From assembly GCA_023231475.1 (NCBI GenBank), contig JALJEE010000288.1:1-64000 (forward strand): a stretch of DNA of 64,000 bases. The letters run 5' to 3'. The position numbers and the translations under genes are program-made. Of this stretch, positions 28,251-39,877 are shown piece after piece. Position 1 is the first letter of the stretch. Each line of letters begins with the position of its first letter. Below the pieces are notes generated by a model. It did not search any database. It was not told the DNA's origin and saw only the letters and a list, made by a program, of their open reading frames with translations. This DNA comes from Seison nebaliae (lineage: Eukaryota).

Positions 28251-31200
28251 ATGATGGATTATGAGCAACCGGTTAAACGCCGTAGAATGGATGGTGAAAC
28301 TGAAAATTCGGATGAAGAAGAATGTCGAAATGTCCAACATGAAATTAGTTCGTCAACTGATAGTTCGTTGTGTTCCAATGACCATGATAATTCGGATGAT
28401 GAAGATACAGAAATGGGAGGAGTAAGTGATTGTTATGTGAAAGAGATAAGTGCAACAAACTTTATGTGTCATGACAATTTACAAATAAAATTGGGAAGTG
28501 GATTGAATTTCGTGACGGGACGAAATGGTGCAGGTAAATCAGCGATAATGACGGCACTTGTTATCGGTTTGGGTGAACGCGCTGGAACGATGAGTCGTGG
28601 AACTTCTTATAAACATCTCATTAAACGTGGGAAACATAAAGCGACGATTCATATCATAATTTCAAATACAGGAATTTGTGCCTATCAACCAGAAGTGTTT
28701 GGTGAAGTGATATATGTCGATCGAGTACTTACACATTCGGGATTGAATGAAGTGATCATAAGTAACGAATGGAAGAAAGTGATATCAAAGAAAGCGAAAG
28801 ATCTGAAGAATTTAACATTTAGAATGAACATTCAACCAGGCAATCCCGTTTGTATGCTCTCTCAAGAAACGACGAAAACGTTTTTGACGAATTCGAATCC
28901 TTCAAAATTTTATCATTTATTCGATCGTGCTACACAATTGGATCATATCAAAGAAAATTATATGGAAGTTGATCATGCGTTGGAAGTTGTTAATGAAGCT
29001 ATTGATGGGAAGAAAGTGGAAATGGATGAAAAGAAGAAAAATTTGAAGAAATTGAAGAGACGTCTTGAATCAACTCAATTGCGAGAGAAATATGAAAAAG
29101 AGATTAGTAAAATGGAAGTTTCAATAAAATATATTCATCTTCATTCATTGGAAGATAAGAAACATGAATTGACAAATCGATTGATGAGAATTGAAGAGAA
29201 ATGTCGTAATTTACAAGAAGAACATGATCGATTATCACAAACGAATAATATGAATATTGATGTGGATGCATGTGAAGAAGAGAAACGAGAAATAATAGAG
29301 AAAACGAGTAAAATTAAAATGGAATTGAATGAACATCGTAATGAATTGAGATTGGTCCAGAATGAATATACAGATAATGAGACCAGAATTACAACATTAA
29401 AACGGGAGAAGAATATGGTAGTGGGAGATATAGAAGCATTGAAACGAGAAATAGACAAATCTGGTTGGAATAAAGAGAATGTGGTGGATTTGGAAATCGA
29501 AGGTAATCTCGATCAAGAATTAAAAGAATTGAAAGTTGACATAACGAAGAAGTCGAACCAAATATCTCAACTCCAAATGAAATTGAGAGAATTGAATTCG
29601 ATTAAGAATAATGTTCGACAGAATATTCCTGATATCATGAATGATTTAAAATATCGAATTGACGAACAAAGACAATTGGAACAACAATTGATTTATTTGA
29701 AGGAGATGAATGATCCATCAAGTACTAATTTACAAAATGAAAACGATCGATCCACATCAGAACAAGTGGAAACGAATGGAAAATGGAAACAATATTATTA
29801 TTCATATAATTCACAGGCATATCGGCAAGATGACAATATTCGCAATTTCAAATGTGATCCACGTTTATTCCATCCGAAAATCTTTGATCTGTTCCGAGTC
29901 TGTGATCGACTTTATCGAAACAGACAAATTTCTTCTTTACCTCTTGGTCCATTAGGAGCGTATATTACGCCGAAAAATGCCAAATGGTCATTAGCCATCG
30001 AACGTTGTTTGGAAAAGATTCAATCGAATTTTGTCGTTTCATCAGCAGCAGATCAGAAAGTGATTAGTAATGAGTTTCGTTCAATATGTCAACAGACTAA
30101 ATCACCCGTTCCCACCATAATCATTAATCGTCAACAAAAGAATGATAAGATTCATGACGTCTCTCAATTTCGACCACAAGGTGAAAACTTTTCGATTTTA
30201 CTTGATCTTGTCTCTTATTTCAACGTTGGAGCAATCAATAATATTATTGAATTAATGAAAATTGAATCTATCGGTTTATTTCCTTCCAGAGAAATGGCGG
30301 TAAAATTAATGAAAACTCATCCGGTTCAATTCCTTGTCAAAGGTTACACGTCCAACGGTGATATGTTTTTGGCAACGAAGAAATTTCGATCATATGCTAA
30401 TACGAGAGGAAACAATCTTAAATTATATACGAACGATCCACAAAAGTTGATGAGAGAAGCAGAAAATAAATTGGATTATCTAAATGGAATGGTCAATCGT
30501 CTTCAAATGGATTGTGAGAAAGATAAAGAACATATTGGAAACATCGAACGAGATGAAGAAAACACCAGAAATAATTTAGAAGATTTATCAGTGGAGAGAA
30601 TTGAAGGAATGAAAAGAAAGGAAAATGTCGAACAACAATTAATCGATATTGGAACGACGAAGAAGAAGATGTTCATCCATCAGGAATGTCGAAATCAACA
30701 AAATCATTTAATCGAAATTGATCAGGATTTGGAGGATCTGGGAAATCGTCAATATGTAATTGGAGAGAGACAGTCGACAGTTGAAAAAGAAATTCGAAAA
30801 TGTAGACATAATCTCAATGATTTCAGTATTGATATAAATCGAATCGAAGCGATGAAACAAAATCATTTTGATACGGTTCGTTCCAATCAACGAACTTTAG
30901 AACGATTCGATAATCAAATGAAAGTTGAAGAAGAAATGAAGTTGAACACTGAACAGAAAGTCAATTCGCTCGATGAAAAGATTCAAAAACAAATTTTAAT
31001 TTTGGGTGATGATGAACCGTTAGAAGGTGATATTCACAATATGAGTGTGGAGGAATTAAATCATGAGATCGATAAGAAACGAATTCAAATCGGAGGTATA
31101 GAAGACATCAGTTTCGAGCAACAAGCATCATTAAAAGAGAAATATATCGTCGATTATAATCAATTGAAATCGATGTCTGATTTATTTGGTTCTGAATATA

Positions 31201-31730
31201 AATGTTGTCGATTTTTTAGTCGTTTTATCGTTCAACGAAAAAAAGCCATAATTCAAGTGAGAGACGTTTTAAGAGAAACATCTGAAATAGAATTCTCTTC
31301 AATATTGAAGTCACGTGATTTACTTGCAGAATTCGTTTTTGATGACGATAAGAAAACACTCGAACTTCATGTGACACAACAACGAAACATTAGAACGAGT
31401 AATAATCGACGACTGTCCAAACAAAACATCTTCTCCAACAAACAGATGTGTGACGTTCGATATTTATCTGGTGGAGAACGATCGGTCACAACAACCGCTT
31501 TCTTATTATCTTTATGGTCGGTGATCGATAGTCCCATATTTTGTATTGATGAAATTGACGTGTGTATGGATCAAGTGAATAGAGAAATTACAACGAATTT
31601 ACTTCTACAAAATCTTCATGTGAAAAATAAGCAATGTATTCTCATTACACCACAAGACATAAGTTTTATTACGAAGAACAAATTCTTCTCAGAAGCGGTT
31701 GTCTTCGAACTGGAACCGCCGAAACGTTAA
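28251..31730 (+). CDS. SMC6: Structural maintenance of chromosomes protein 6 (intronless)
   Basis: NFMCH, Walker A GRNGAGKS, LSQET, coiled coils, hinge PLGPLG, signature LSGGERS, Walker B CIDEIDVCMD, ILITPQD. Confidence 0.92.
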   Translation: MMDYEQPVKRRRMDGETENSDEEECRNVQHEISSSTDSSLCSNDHDNSDDEDTEMGGVSDCYVKEISATNFMCHDNLQIKLGSGLNFVTGRNGAGKSAIMTALVIGLGERAGTMSRGTSYKHLIKRGKHKATIHIIISNTGICAYQPEVFGEVIYVDRVLTHSGLNEVIISNEWKKVISKKAKDLKNLTFRMNIQPGNPVCMLSQETTKTFLTNSNPSKFYHLFDRATQLDHIKENYMEVDHALEVVNEAIDGKKVEMDEKKKNLKKLKRRLESTQLREKYEKEISKMEVSIKYIHLHSLEDKKHELTNRLMRIEEKCRNLQEEHDRLSQTNNMNIDVDACEEEKREIIEKTSKIKMELNEHRNELRLVQNEYTDNETRITTLKREKNMVVGDIEALKREIDKSGWNKENVVDLEIEGNLDQELKELKVDITKKSNQISQLQMKLRELNSIKNNVRQNIPDIMNDLKYRIDEQRQLEQQLIYLKEMNDPSSTNLQNENDRSTSEQVETNGKWKQYYYSYNSQAYRQDDNIRNFKCDPRLFHPKIFDLFRVCDRLYRNRQISSLPLGPLGAYITPKNAKWSLAIERCLEKIQSNFVVSSAADQKVISNEFRSICQQTKSPVPTIIINRQQKNDKIHDVSQFRPQGENFSILLDLVSYFNVGAINNIIELMKIESIGLFPSREMAVKLMKTHPVQFLVKGYTSNGDMFLATKKFRSYANTRGNNLKLYTNDPQKLMREAENKLDYLNGMVNRLQMDCEKDKEHIGNIERDEENTRNNLEDLSVERIEGMKRKENVEQQLIDIGTTKKKMFIHQECRNQQNHLIEIDQDLEDLGNRQYVIGERQSTVEKEIRKCRHNLNDFSIDINRIEAMKQNHFDTVRSNQRTLERFDNQMKVEEEMKLNTEQKVNSLDEKIQKQILILGDDEPLEGDIHNMSVEELNHEIDKKRIQIGGIEDISFEQQASLKEKYIVDYNQLKSMSDLFGSEYKCCRFFSRFIVQRKKAIIQVRDVLRETSEIEFSSILKSRDLLAEFVFDDDKKTLELHVTQQRNIRTSNNRRLSKQNIFSNKQMCDVRYLSGGERSVTTTAFLLSLWSVIDSPIFCIDEIDVCMDQVNREITTNLLLQNLHVKNKQCILITPQDISFITKNKFFSEAVVFELEPPKR

Positions 31731-31924
31731 AAACAGAATCGAATATCAGACAAAACGGTAAAATTGTGAACAGTTTAAATAAAACGAGATATAAGAAGCG
31801 TTTATAAATAGATAAATTTCAATAATTTTTTTCTGGCCAAAAACAAATTTTCGCTATTGAAAAACACTTTCTTTTTGGCATTATTCTTTTGGCATAAACA
31901 TTTCTTCTTTTTCCAATAAACAAT

Positions 31925-33297
31925 TTATTTCCATATTCTACATGTGTTATCTTTACTTCCCGTTATTATTGTATTTCCCATATAATTGAATCCGCATGAA
32001 AATATTTCATCCGTATGACCTTCCAAAACCTAGAGAACAATAGACGAAAAATTAGTTGTCCTATCAAAACTTTATAAAGTTTATGAAATAAAGAAATTAG
32101 AAGTAATTTTTAAAGAGTTTTAAAAAAAACCAAAAAATTTTTTTAAATAAAATAAACCTGGTGTTGTTTTCCGGTTAATGGATCCCAAAGACGTGCAGTT
32201 CTGTCGGCACTGACGGTTAATAGAAGAGATCCTGATGAGTTGAATGTTAATTTACTAATTTCACTTTGGTGACCATGACAAACGGCGATTTCTTGGCATG
32301 TAACGGCATCGAATACTCTGGCAGTTCCATCAGCACTTGCAGTAGCTATGAAACGACCAGTTAAATCATAAGTTACATCTAATACTTCATCTGTATGACC
32401 AGTTAGTACTCCTACACATTTTCCATCGTCAATGTTCCATAAACGACATGTATGATCCATACTGGCTGAGACAACTTGTTTACTATCCCAATTGAACATA
32501 GCAGCTGAAATTTCGGCGCGATGACCTACGAGTGATACTAAACGACACTTATTTTCTATGCTCCAAATCATAACAGTGGAATCGAATGATCCTGTCGCCA
32601 CTTTATCGCCTTTGGTGTTGAAGGAAACCGAAATGATTTCTTGAGTATGTTCACGAAAATGACAAACTTCGTGACCTGAAGATACATCCCAAACTTTCGC
32701 TGTCATGTCCATTGAACCAGTAACGAGGAAAGTACTTTGTTGATTGAAAGCCAGACAAACAACTTCAGCCAAATGACCTCGGAAGATGTGGAAACATCGA
32801 CCATTTTCTGCACTCCACAATCTGGCAGTTTTGTCAAAGGAAGCTGTAGCTATTTTGTCACAGAACGGATTGTTGAAGGTTATAGCATAAACCACATTTT
32901 TATGACCTTCTAAACTGAACAACTCTTCCCCACTATTCGTCTCCCAAACCTTACAAGTTCTATCGTAACTTCCTGTTAGAAATTTATCTCCACTCTTATT
33001 AAAAGCGACATTCGTCAATGGTAAGACATGCGATCGGGCACTTTTAAAAAGATGGAATGATCGTCGATCTTTCTTCTTTATCACTTCTAATAATCGAAGA
33101 ACTTGATTCTTAAATTTATCGGCATGATGATCAATGAGAACATTCTTCTTTCGATACTTCTCTACTATATTATCGATATTGGAATTCTCATTCAAATCAA
33201 GAAGATCAACAATTTCTATATTTGTTTTCTGTTTTGAAGTGTATTCGAATATAACACCCGGTGGATAATAACGCAACATGATTTTATTGAGCCGCAT
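31925..33297 (-). CDS. DAW1: Dynein assembly factor with WD repeats 1 (WDR69/ODA16), 2 exons
   Basis: N-terminal [22 protein letters not shown] and WD40 repeats. Intron 32157-32030; last exon [16 protein letters not shown]...[11 protein letters not shown]. Confidence 0.95.
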
Positions 33298-33375
33298 CTT
33301 CTACCAATTTCTACTAATCAACAAATTAACTGACGTTAATTTCTAGTCCACTGATTATGCCTCTATTCAATATTG

Positions 33376-33389
33376 GATGCCATGGCAAT
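33376..33389. promoter_or_regulatory. Candidate RFX X-box upstream of DAW1
   Basis: GATGCCATGGCAAT with palindromic core TGCCATGGCA, ~80 bp upstream of the ATG. Confidence 0.55.
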
Positions 33390-33830
33390 TTGTGTGAATA
33401 TGGAATAGTAAATAAATTGAGAAAGAGTTTAAATAACTGGAAAATATATTTTCGATATTTCTCCAACTTCAAATTCTTAGTTTTTTATACTCTGAAATTC
33501 TATGCTCTTTAGTCATCATATCTCTCTGAATACTTCCTTCATCATTTCTTCAATATTTCAAACAGAATTTTAGTTATTATATTAATTAAATGTGAATAAT
33601 TTTACGTGAGAAGAAAATACGATTATAAAGGAAGAAATTGTGAAGTTTTATTAAATAAAATAAAAATGAGTAGAAATTGTGTTAAAAGTTGAATTGATGT
33701 CAATGGTCGAAATGTTAAAAAAAAATAGAAATTAATAACTCAATAAACTATCTGTGTTGTTATTAAGAAAAGCAGTTCGCTCATTAAAAATAGACTAGTG
33801 TCAAGAAGTAGTTGTGAGTCGATTGGCCAA

Positions 33831-35327
33831 TTAATTTGTTAAATGAACTTGTGTGTAGGGTGAGGATGAGAAATATTGTTTATTCAAAATTGGATTGAAG
33901 AGATAGATGGCAAGACAGGGACCGAAGAAAAATAAGAACTTGAATATATACATAAGTGTTTTCGTAAAAATACGTCGTTTTCCTGTTTTCGGATCGTAGA
34001 ATGTTTGTTCTGTGAATGTCTCATTCATCTTCCAACATGGAAATCCATATGAATTACATAAGATATGAGCAATACAAGAAGCTGATAATTGTCCAGTAAT
34101 GAGGAAGATATAAGATGAAATAGTTCCGAATAAAGACGTATAGCAAATAATCCAAACAGTGTCTTCGATATAGTCCGACATATTCGGTCGAATTGTTGGA
34201 AAGAATAATTGTAATTCTTTTTTGACGAATTCTGATTGATAATCGATTGGGAGAAGATGATCATTCTTTTCGAATTTCTCATTATAATAAGTTTCGAATG
34301 CCATTCGACTTTTGTAATCATGAGCGATGAATTGTCGAATATATTGATTAACAGCAAAATGACGTTTCTCATAAATTCGATGAAGATGTGAGAGAGAGAA
34401 GAATATAGAGGAGAACATCGATACTTTCAAGAGATGATAAGGAGCTGAACGATTCCAGAATGACAGACCAAAATAAAGAGGTAAAATGAAACTTCGATGG
34501 AAAATTTCTTCAAGAATTGGAGATATGAGAATATCTCTTAACCAAATCCATTTTTGTTGATGTTGTTGTTGAACGCAGATTGTTTCAATCATACTCTCCG
34601 TTGATGTTAATTGAGCAGATTCACGTCGAATCATTTCTTCTTTCTCTCTCATAATATATTTAGGGAAAAATGTTGGCAAATTGAATGTACGTCGAAATGA
34701 GCGACGGAATGCTTTAATAAAAACGATAATAGATTTCATTGTCTGATTATGATTGGATGAGAAAACACGATGTTCCTCTCCATTATTGATCAAATATTCA
34801 TAACAAGCCATATGATATCGAATTTCTTCGCTAAGAGAAAAAATGATTCCCATCGTATTAGCAGCATAAAATATTATTGTCAAAAGACTAATACGCCAAA
34901 TGCTCGCTAACATCTCCCAATCCCAAGTAGGAAATCCACACCATCGATAGAAGTTGGTGAGATATAATAAACTCCTTTCACTTCCATTTCCATCAACGAA
35001 TGAATAATATTTATATAATAACGGTGCTGTTATCACGGCTAATATGGATATGGAGATGGTTCTCTCTTTGATGACGGATGGATGATCTCGACTACTTCTT
35101 GGAATATGTAATGACAAATTTGGTATTCTCTCATAGTCATCATTATTGGATGTCTCATAAATATTTCTTCCATTTAATCGTCTCCAACAAATGACACACA
35201 TCCGTTTCGCATAGAAACTAACGATAAAACTGGAAGAAACGATCACTGCCAATGACAGTGACGACACATTCTTCCCAATTCCATTAACAATAACGGTAAT
35301 CGATCGATCCGTCAACCACCGAAACAT
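33831..35327 (-). CDS. RCE1: CAAX prenyl protease 2 (Rce1/CPBP family) with long insertions
   Basis: WLRDILISPILEEIFHR, FFSLSHLH, YTSLFG and IAHILCNSYGFP motifs; multiple TM segments. Confidence 0.85.
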   Translation of the reverse strand: MFRWLTDRSITVIVNGIGKNVSSLSLAVIVSSSFIVSFYAKRMCVICWRRLNGRNIYETSNNDDYERIPNLSLHIPRSSRDHPSVIKERTISISILAVITAPLLYKYYSFVDGNGSERSLLYLTNFYRWCGFPTWDWEMLASIWRISLLTIIFYAANTMGIIFSLSEEIRYHMACYEYLINNGEEHRVFSSNHNQTMKSIIVFIKAFRRSFRRTFNLPTFFPKYIMREKEEMIRRESAQLTSTESMIETICVQQQHQQKWIWLRDILISPILEEIFHRSFILPLYFGLSFWNRSAPYHLLKVSMFSSIFFSLSHLHRIYEKRHFAVNQYIRQFIAHDYKSRMAFETYYNEKFEKNDHLLPIDYQSEFVKKELQLFFPTIRPNMSDYIEDTVWIICYTSLFGTISSYIFLITGQLSASCIAHILCNSYGFPCWKMNETFTEQTFYDPKTGKRRIFTKTLMYIFKFLFFFGPCLAIYLFNPILNKQYFSSSPYTQVHLTN

Positions 35328-35392
35328 TTAAAATGGAAAGTTAACAATAATAATCCTGAAAGACAAATCTAATTTAAAAAGAGAAATTTAAT

Positions 35393-35881
35393 TTAAATAT
35401 ATTTGAAAATCATATCTTGTCTCTTCTCAACACTTTGAATTTCCATTCGAACTGGACTTTTCAAAAGAAGTGTCAACAATTTTTCGGTATATCCCAAAAG
35501 AAAATAAATTTTACGAGGAGCAATACTTCTCTGTATCAATCCCACGATTGTTATAATATTCTCTTTTCTCTTAATAATTAAGGGCTGTGACACAAATAAA
35601 TTATGCCACGTACCTTCTACAAATCGTCGAATCAATATATCTTCCATGACCGTTTCTGCTGTTCGATTACCATCAATCATCGTACTAGTATTCCACGTAT
35701 TCCATGATTTTCTCACACCAATATAATGAGGTGGATTAGCTTCTTCATATGTTAATGGTTTCGTACGATTCTTCGTTACTTTCGGCACTCCAGCTCTCTT
35801 GTTCTTCAAATAAATAGACGACGAACTAATTCCTCTCACAATTCCCAACAAATCACATTTTGCCAATTTATGGCACAGCAT
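35393..35881 (-). CDS. MRPS24: Mitochondrial ribosomal protein S24 (uS3m)
   Basis: KPLTYEEANPPHYIGVRKSW, AETVMEDILIRRF.GTW, YFLLGYTEKLL, C-terminal FKYI. First ATG at 35881. Confidence 0.92.
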   Translation of the reverse strand: MLCHKLAKCDLLGIVRGISSSSIYLKNKRAGVPKVTKNRTKPLTYEEANPPHYIGVRKSWNTWNTSTMIDGNRTAETVMEDILIRRFVEGTWHNLFVSQPLIIKRKENIITIVGLIQRSIAPRKIYFLLGYTEKLLTLLLKSPVRMEIQSVEKRQDMIFKYI

Positions 35882-36102
35882 ATTCTTCCTCAATCAACTT
35901 ATCATTCACAATTTTATTATCGAATTGTCGATCTCTTCTTCTTCCCAAATCAGAAGAGAGAAACCATGTCAATTTGTGATGAAAACGAAAATATTATTAG
36001 AAAAGATTTTTGAAAAAATTAAATTTCACCAAATTCTCAATTTTAGGCTTGTTCCAAATCGATTAATTTCTTTTTTAATTTTTTCACACATTGCTAATCA
36101 TA

Positions 36103-36440
36103 ATGTTATTTTATTCGTTCTTTAAAACATTAATTGGGAAAGATGTTATTGTAGAATTGAAGAATGATATGGCGTTAGCTGGTTAGATTCGAATTATTCT
36201 TATCTCTCATATTTTCTTCTTTTCAAAGGTAAACTTCATTCATTAGATCAGTATATGAATATCAAATTATCTGAAATTCAATTAATCGATCCAGAACGAT
36301 TTCCACATTTTCAAAGTGTCCGCCATTCCTACATTAGAGGCTCGTCTGTTCGTATGATACAATTACCAGCGAAAGAAATCGATACTCGACTATTGGAAGA
36401 AGCAACAAGAAAACATGAAATCGAAAATCAAAATGAATAA
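36103..36440 (+). CDS. LSM2: U6 snRNA-associated Sm-like protein LSm2, 2 exons
   Basis: MLFYSFFKTLIGKDVIVELKND; intron 36182-36228; GKLHSLDQYMNIKL...IRGSSVR. Confidence 0.95.
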
Positions 36441-37311
36441 TCTCTATACAAGGTCGACAATAGATGATCGATGTTAATTGATCAACTAATTCAACTGATC
36501 AAATGACTCAATGAATGAGAGATGTGAAATCGACGGAGAATAAAAATGAAAGAAATTATTTAATTTTTTTTCTTAAAAAATTATAAGAAAATTACTTTGT
36601 TTTTTTTTTAGAAAAATTACCTAAATATTTTCGTATAAATTTCAATTGTTGTTATTTGGTAGATGTGAATGTTTTTGGAAATTGATCCCTCCCAAATGTT
36701 ATCGAATAAAATGATGACCTTTCATTATTGGTAATGAAGATGGTTTTTTTTTTGGAATAAGATGAAGGAGGATTAATTTAACAACTTTTAAAATTTGATA
36801 ACGATAATAATATTTTTTTGATTAACGAGAAGAGATATAACAAGAGAAATGATCGAGATAAAGAAAAGAGAAAGAAATGAGATAACAAAAAAAAATATAC
36901 ATAAATATGTCAATGATCAAATTCTCATGATCATTTTCAGATTGGACAAATGAGACAAGTGTTTTTCTGAAGAATTCTGAATGAATTAATCGATTTCGTT
37001 CTCGTCCTTATCAGAAGTTCTCTCAGAAGATTCATCATTATCATAGATATGTATATTCGTTTATAATTTCCTGATTATGAATAAATATGATTTAAATATA
37101 TCAAAGAGAATATAATGATCGATGGAAAGTGCTGGGAATTCACTGACATCTAAAATATTTCATGGAAATTAGTTTAATCCATTAAACTTCGGGATAAGAG
37201 AAATTCGCTAAAAAAACATGAAAGTAAATAAAGAGTCGTAAATTAGAAAGAGAGAGAAAAAGTGACGACGAATGTTATAATAAAATTTCATAAGAAACTA
37301 CACCGAAACGA

Positions 37312-39877
37312 TCAAGAGATGATGTAAGGTAAAATAATGAATTCTTTATATCGATCGTCGTAAATTTTCTCTTTCTTCAACGTCTTTCCTTTCGATATGA
37401 TTTCTTTCGAGAAATTTGGATTGTCGAATTGAGGAATTTCAATATCACCATAATCTTTAATATCATCATCATTGGTTGATGATATTAGATTGTTTGTAGA
37501 AATGATATCGGATGCCGTCGATGATTGTTCAATGGAAATATTTTTGACTGATTCCATTTGAACATCATTCTGATTCGATTCTTCTCCTGTGAGATGATTC
37601 CGTTCACTAGTTTCAATATTCACTGTTTTAGAAGTTTCACTTCCTTTCTTTCCTTCATCTTCAAATATTTTCAAATTCTCAAATAAGGGAATTGGCAAAT
37701 CATTTTTATTCTCTGATTTATTTGATTTATCATCAATCAACCAATTGATATCAATGGGAGGAAAAAGAATATTGCGTCTAATCGATTCAGCTTTTCGTCG
37801 ACTGATGAGTGGATGATCATTTGGAAATTCAGACGTATCTTCACACTTATTAAATAATAAAAGAGAAGTGAATAAATCAGCATCAGTCCAATTCTTTCCT
37901 CGATCTAACGGACGTAGAAGACGGTGACTAAATCTCTTCTCGATCATTCTCTTCCAATCCAACACATATTCAATATGATTGTCAACAGCGGATTTTGGAA
38001 TACGTCCACTATTCTCACACCATATTGTCGAATTGAATTGGAATTGTTTCGATAACAGATCAATTTTCCTTCTCCTTCTCTTAAACTTCTCGTCCTTTAT
38101 TGGTTTCGATAATGAAGTAGTGGCAACTGACATTGGTTCTGACGACGATGCTACATATGTGTGTGAATCACTTAACAATGTGGATGTGGAAATGTTCGTA
38201 TCGAATTCTTTATTGAGTTTTAGTTTTTTCAGAGGTAACTGGTTATCTGAATCGATTGACTGTATATTCGTGTGCATGATCGATGTCGATCGCATTGCAT
38301 TGATGGTTGTGTCAATTAAATTGTGATTTGAATTGTCATTCGAATTTCCGTTGGGCAGATAACGAACGGGAGATGCGTAAGGAGAATATTTTGGTCCATC
38401 ATTCATATTATATTGCATCGTCTTATTAGCGTCCGTTGTTACCTGTTTAAATGGAAAATTTTTATTTTTATTAGAATCATCATCATATGAGAAGGAAGAG
38501 AACAATGTGTAATGGCTGAGCCATATTCATGAGTAGACTGGCCGCTTGTAACGTCATATCATCGTCATCTGAATTATCTCGACATTTCACTGTTGATGTT
38601 GTTGTTGTAGTTGGAGGCAATGTTGGAATTGGTGTATTCGTATAATTTGGCGATGTCTGATTAAGATTATCAGCATATGATGAATATTTCTCATATTTCT
38701 TCATGAACGTCATATTACTTTGTAAATCGTTCTTTCTATTCTTTGGTGATTCTTCATTCCTGATTTTTCCTTCTCTATTCAAAACTATCTTAAATTCTTT
38801 ATCGACCGGTTTCACATTTTTTTCTCCCAAATTCTCTTCTTTCATTTTTTTCAATTTTTCTAAATTTGATTGGGAATGAATTGAATTTCTTGAACGATCA
38901 TCATTCAATCGAAGTGATGATGTCGCTCCTGATGACGTGGATTGTGGAGAAATAGAAGAATTAAACAAATTCTCTTTTCTTCCTTCCCCACTAAATGTGG
39001 TATTTGTTTCGTGTAATTTTCTTTTGGAAGAATTCCGATTTATCGTTGTTTTATTCTGAGGTACGTTTTGGGAGAATTTCGACGAGGTATTTCCATTCAT
39101 CTCATTATCTTTTTTCCGAATTTTCGCTGTTGTACAACTGTCCACCACATCCGACGGTCGTTGAGAGGTAGATGTATCGACCACCGAACTTCGTTTTAAC
39201 GATTTTTCATTATGTATCGATGTTGTTGTTGATGTTGTATTCTTCTTGGCAGCGAAAATGCCAAAATTCACACTGTCATTACTACTTTCATTATTCGTGA
39301 GATTACTATGATTACTATTGTCATTATAATTGGTCGGAGGATTGACTTTACTCGAACTCTTTACATGATTCACTGAAATATATTTAGAAAAATTTTTGTT
39401 AAAAAAGAAGAAAAGAAAAAAACGTTTCGTCTCATTCAATTGTTCTGGTTTTTGATGACGTTGATCACTAAAACGATTCTTCCAAGTTCTCAATAAACTT
39501 TTGATTCGTCGAGTGAGATCATTGTTATTTTTGAGACGAGCACTTTTCCTTACAGAATTCAAATGACAACCCAATTTACTCTCTTCCAATACAGGCTTCG
39601 TGATGGTGATCTTATCCTTCTGCAGCAGTTCAAGAACAAATTCAATTTCAAAACATCTCTCCGGCTCCTGTTTCAACAGCGCTTCATCCAGGATCTGTAT
39701 GAGAAGAGAACATTGTTCAGTGACGTCGTCGAGTCTGCCCAGAATCGAAAGTTTCTCATCTTTCCAATCCGTATACTTTGACTTGTGCATTGAATTGAAT
39801 TGTTCGATCTTTCTCTGCGAATCGAATAACATCCCGTTTAGGCGAGAACAATTCTGTTCGCGATCGAACACTCCCAA
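37312..39877 (-). CDS. MED26: Mediator subunit 26-like (TFIIS N-terminal domain, long disordered region); start unresolved
   Basis: LELLQKDKITITKPVLEESKLGCHLNSVRK...LLRTWK (TFIIS-N/Med26) and C-terminal IILPYI. Introns 39423-39373 and 38503-38443 join the two ORFs. Confidence 0.65.

Noticed and set aside
38483..38505. Apparent frameshift between two overlapping minus-strand ORFs
   Set aside because: Explained by a 61-nt GTT...CAG intron (38503-38443).
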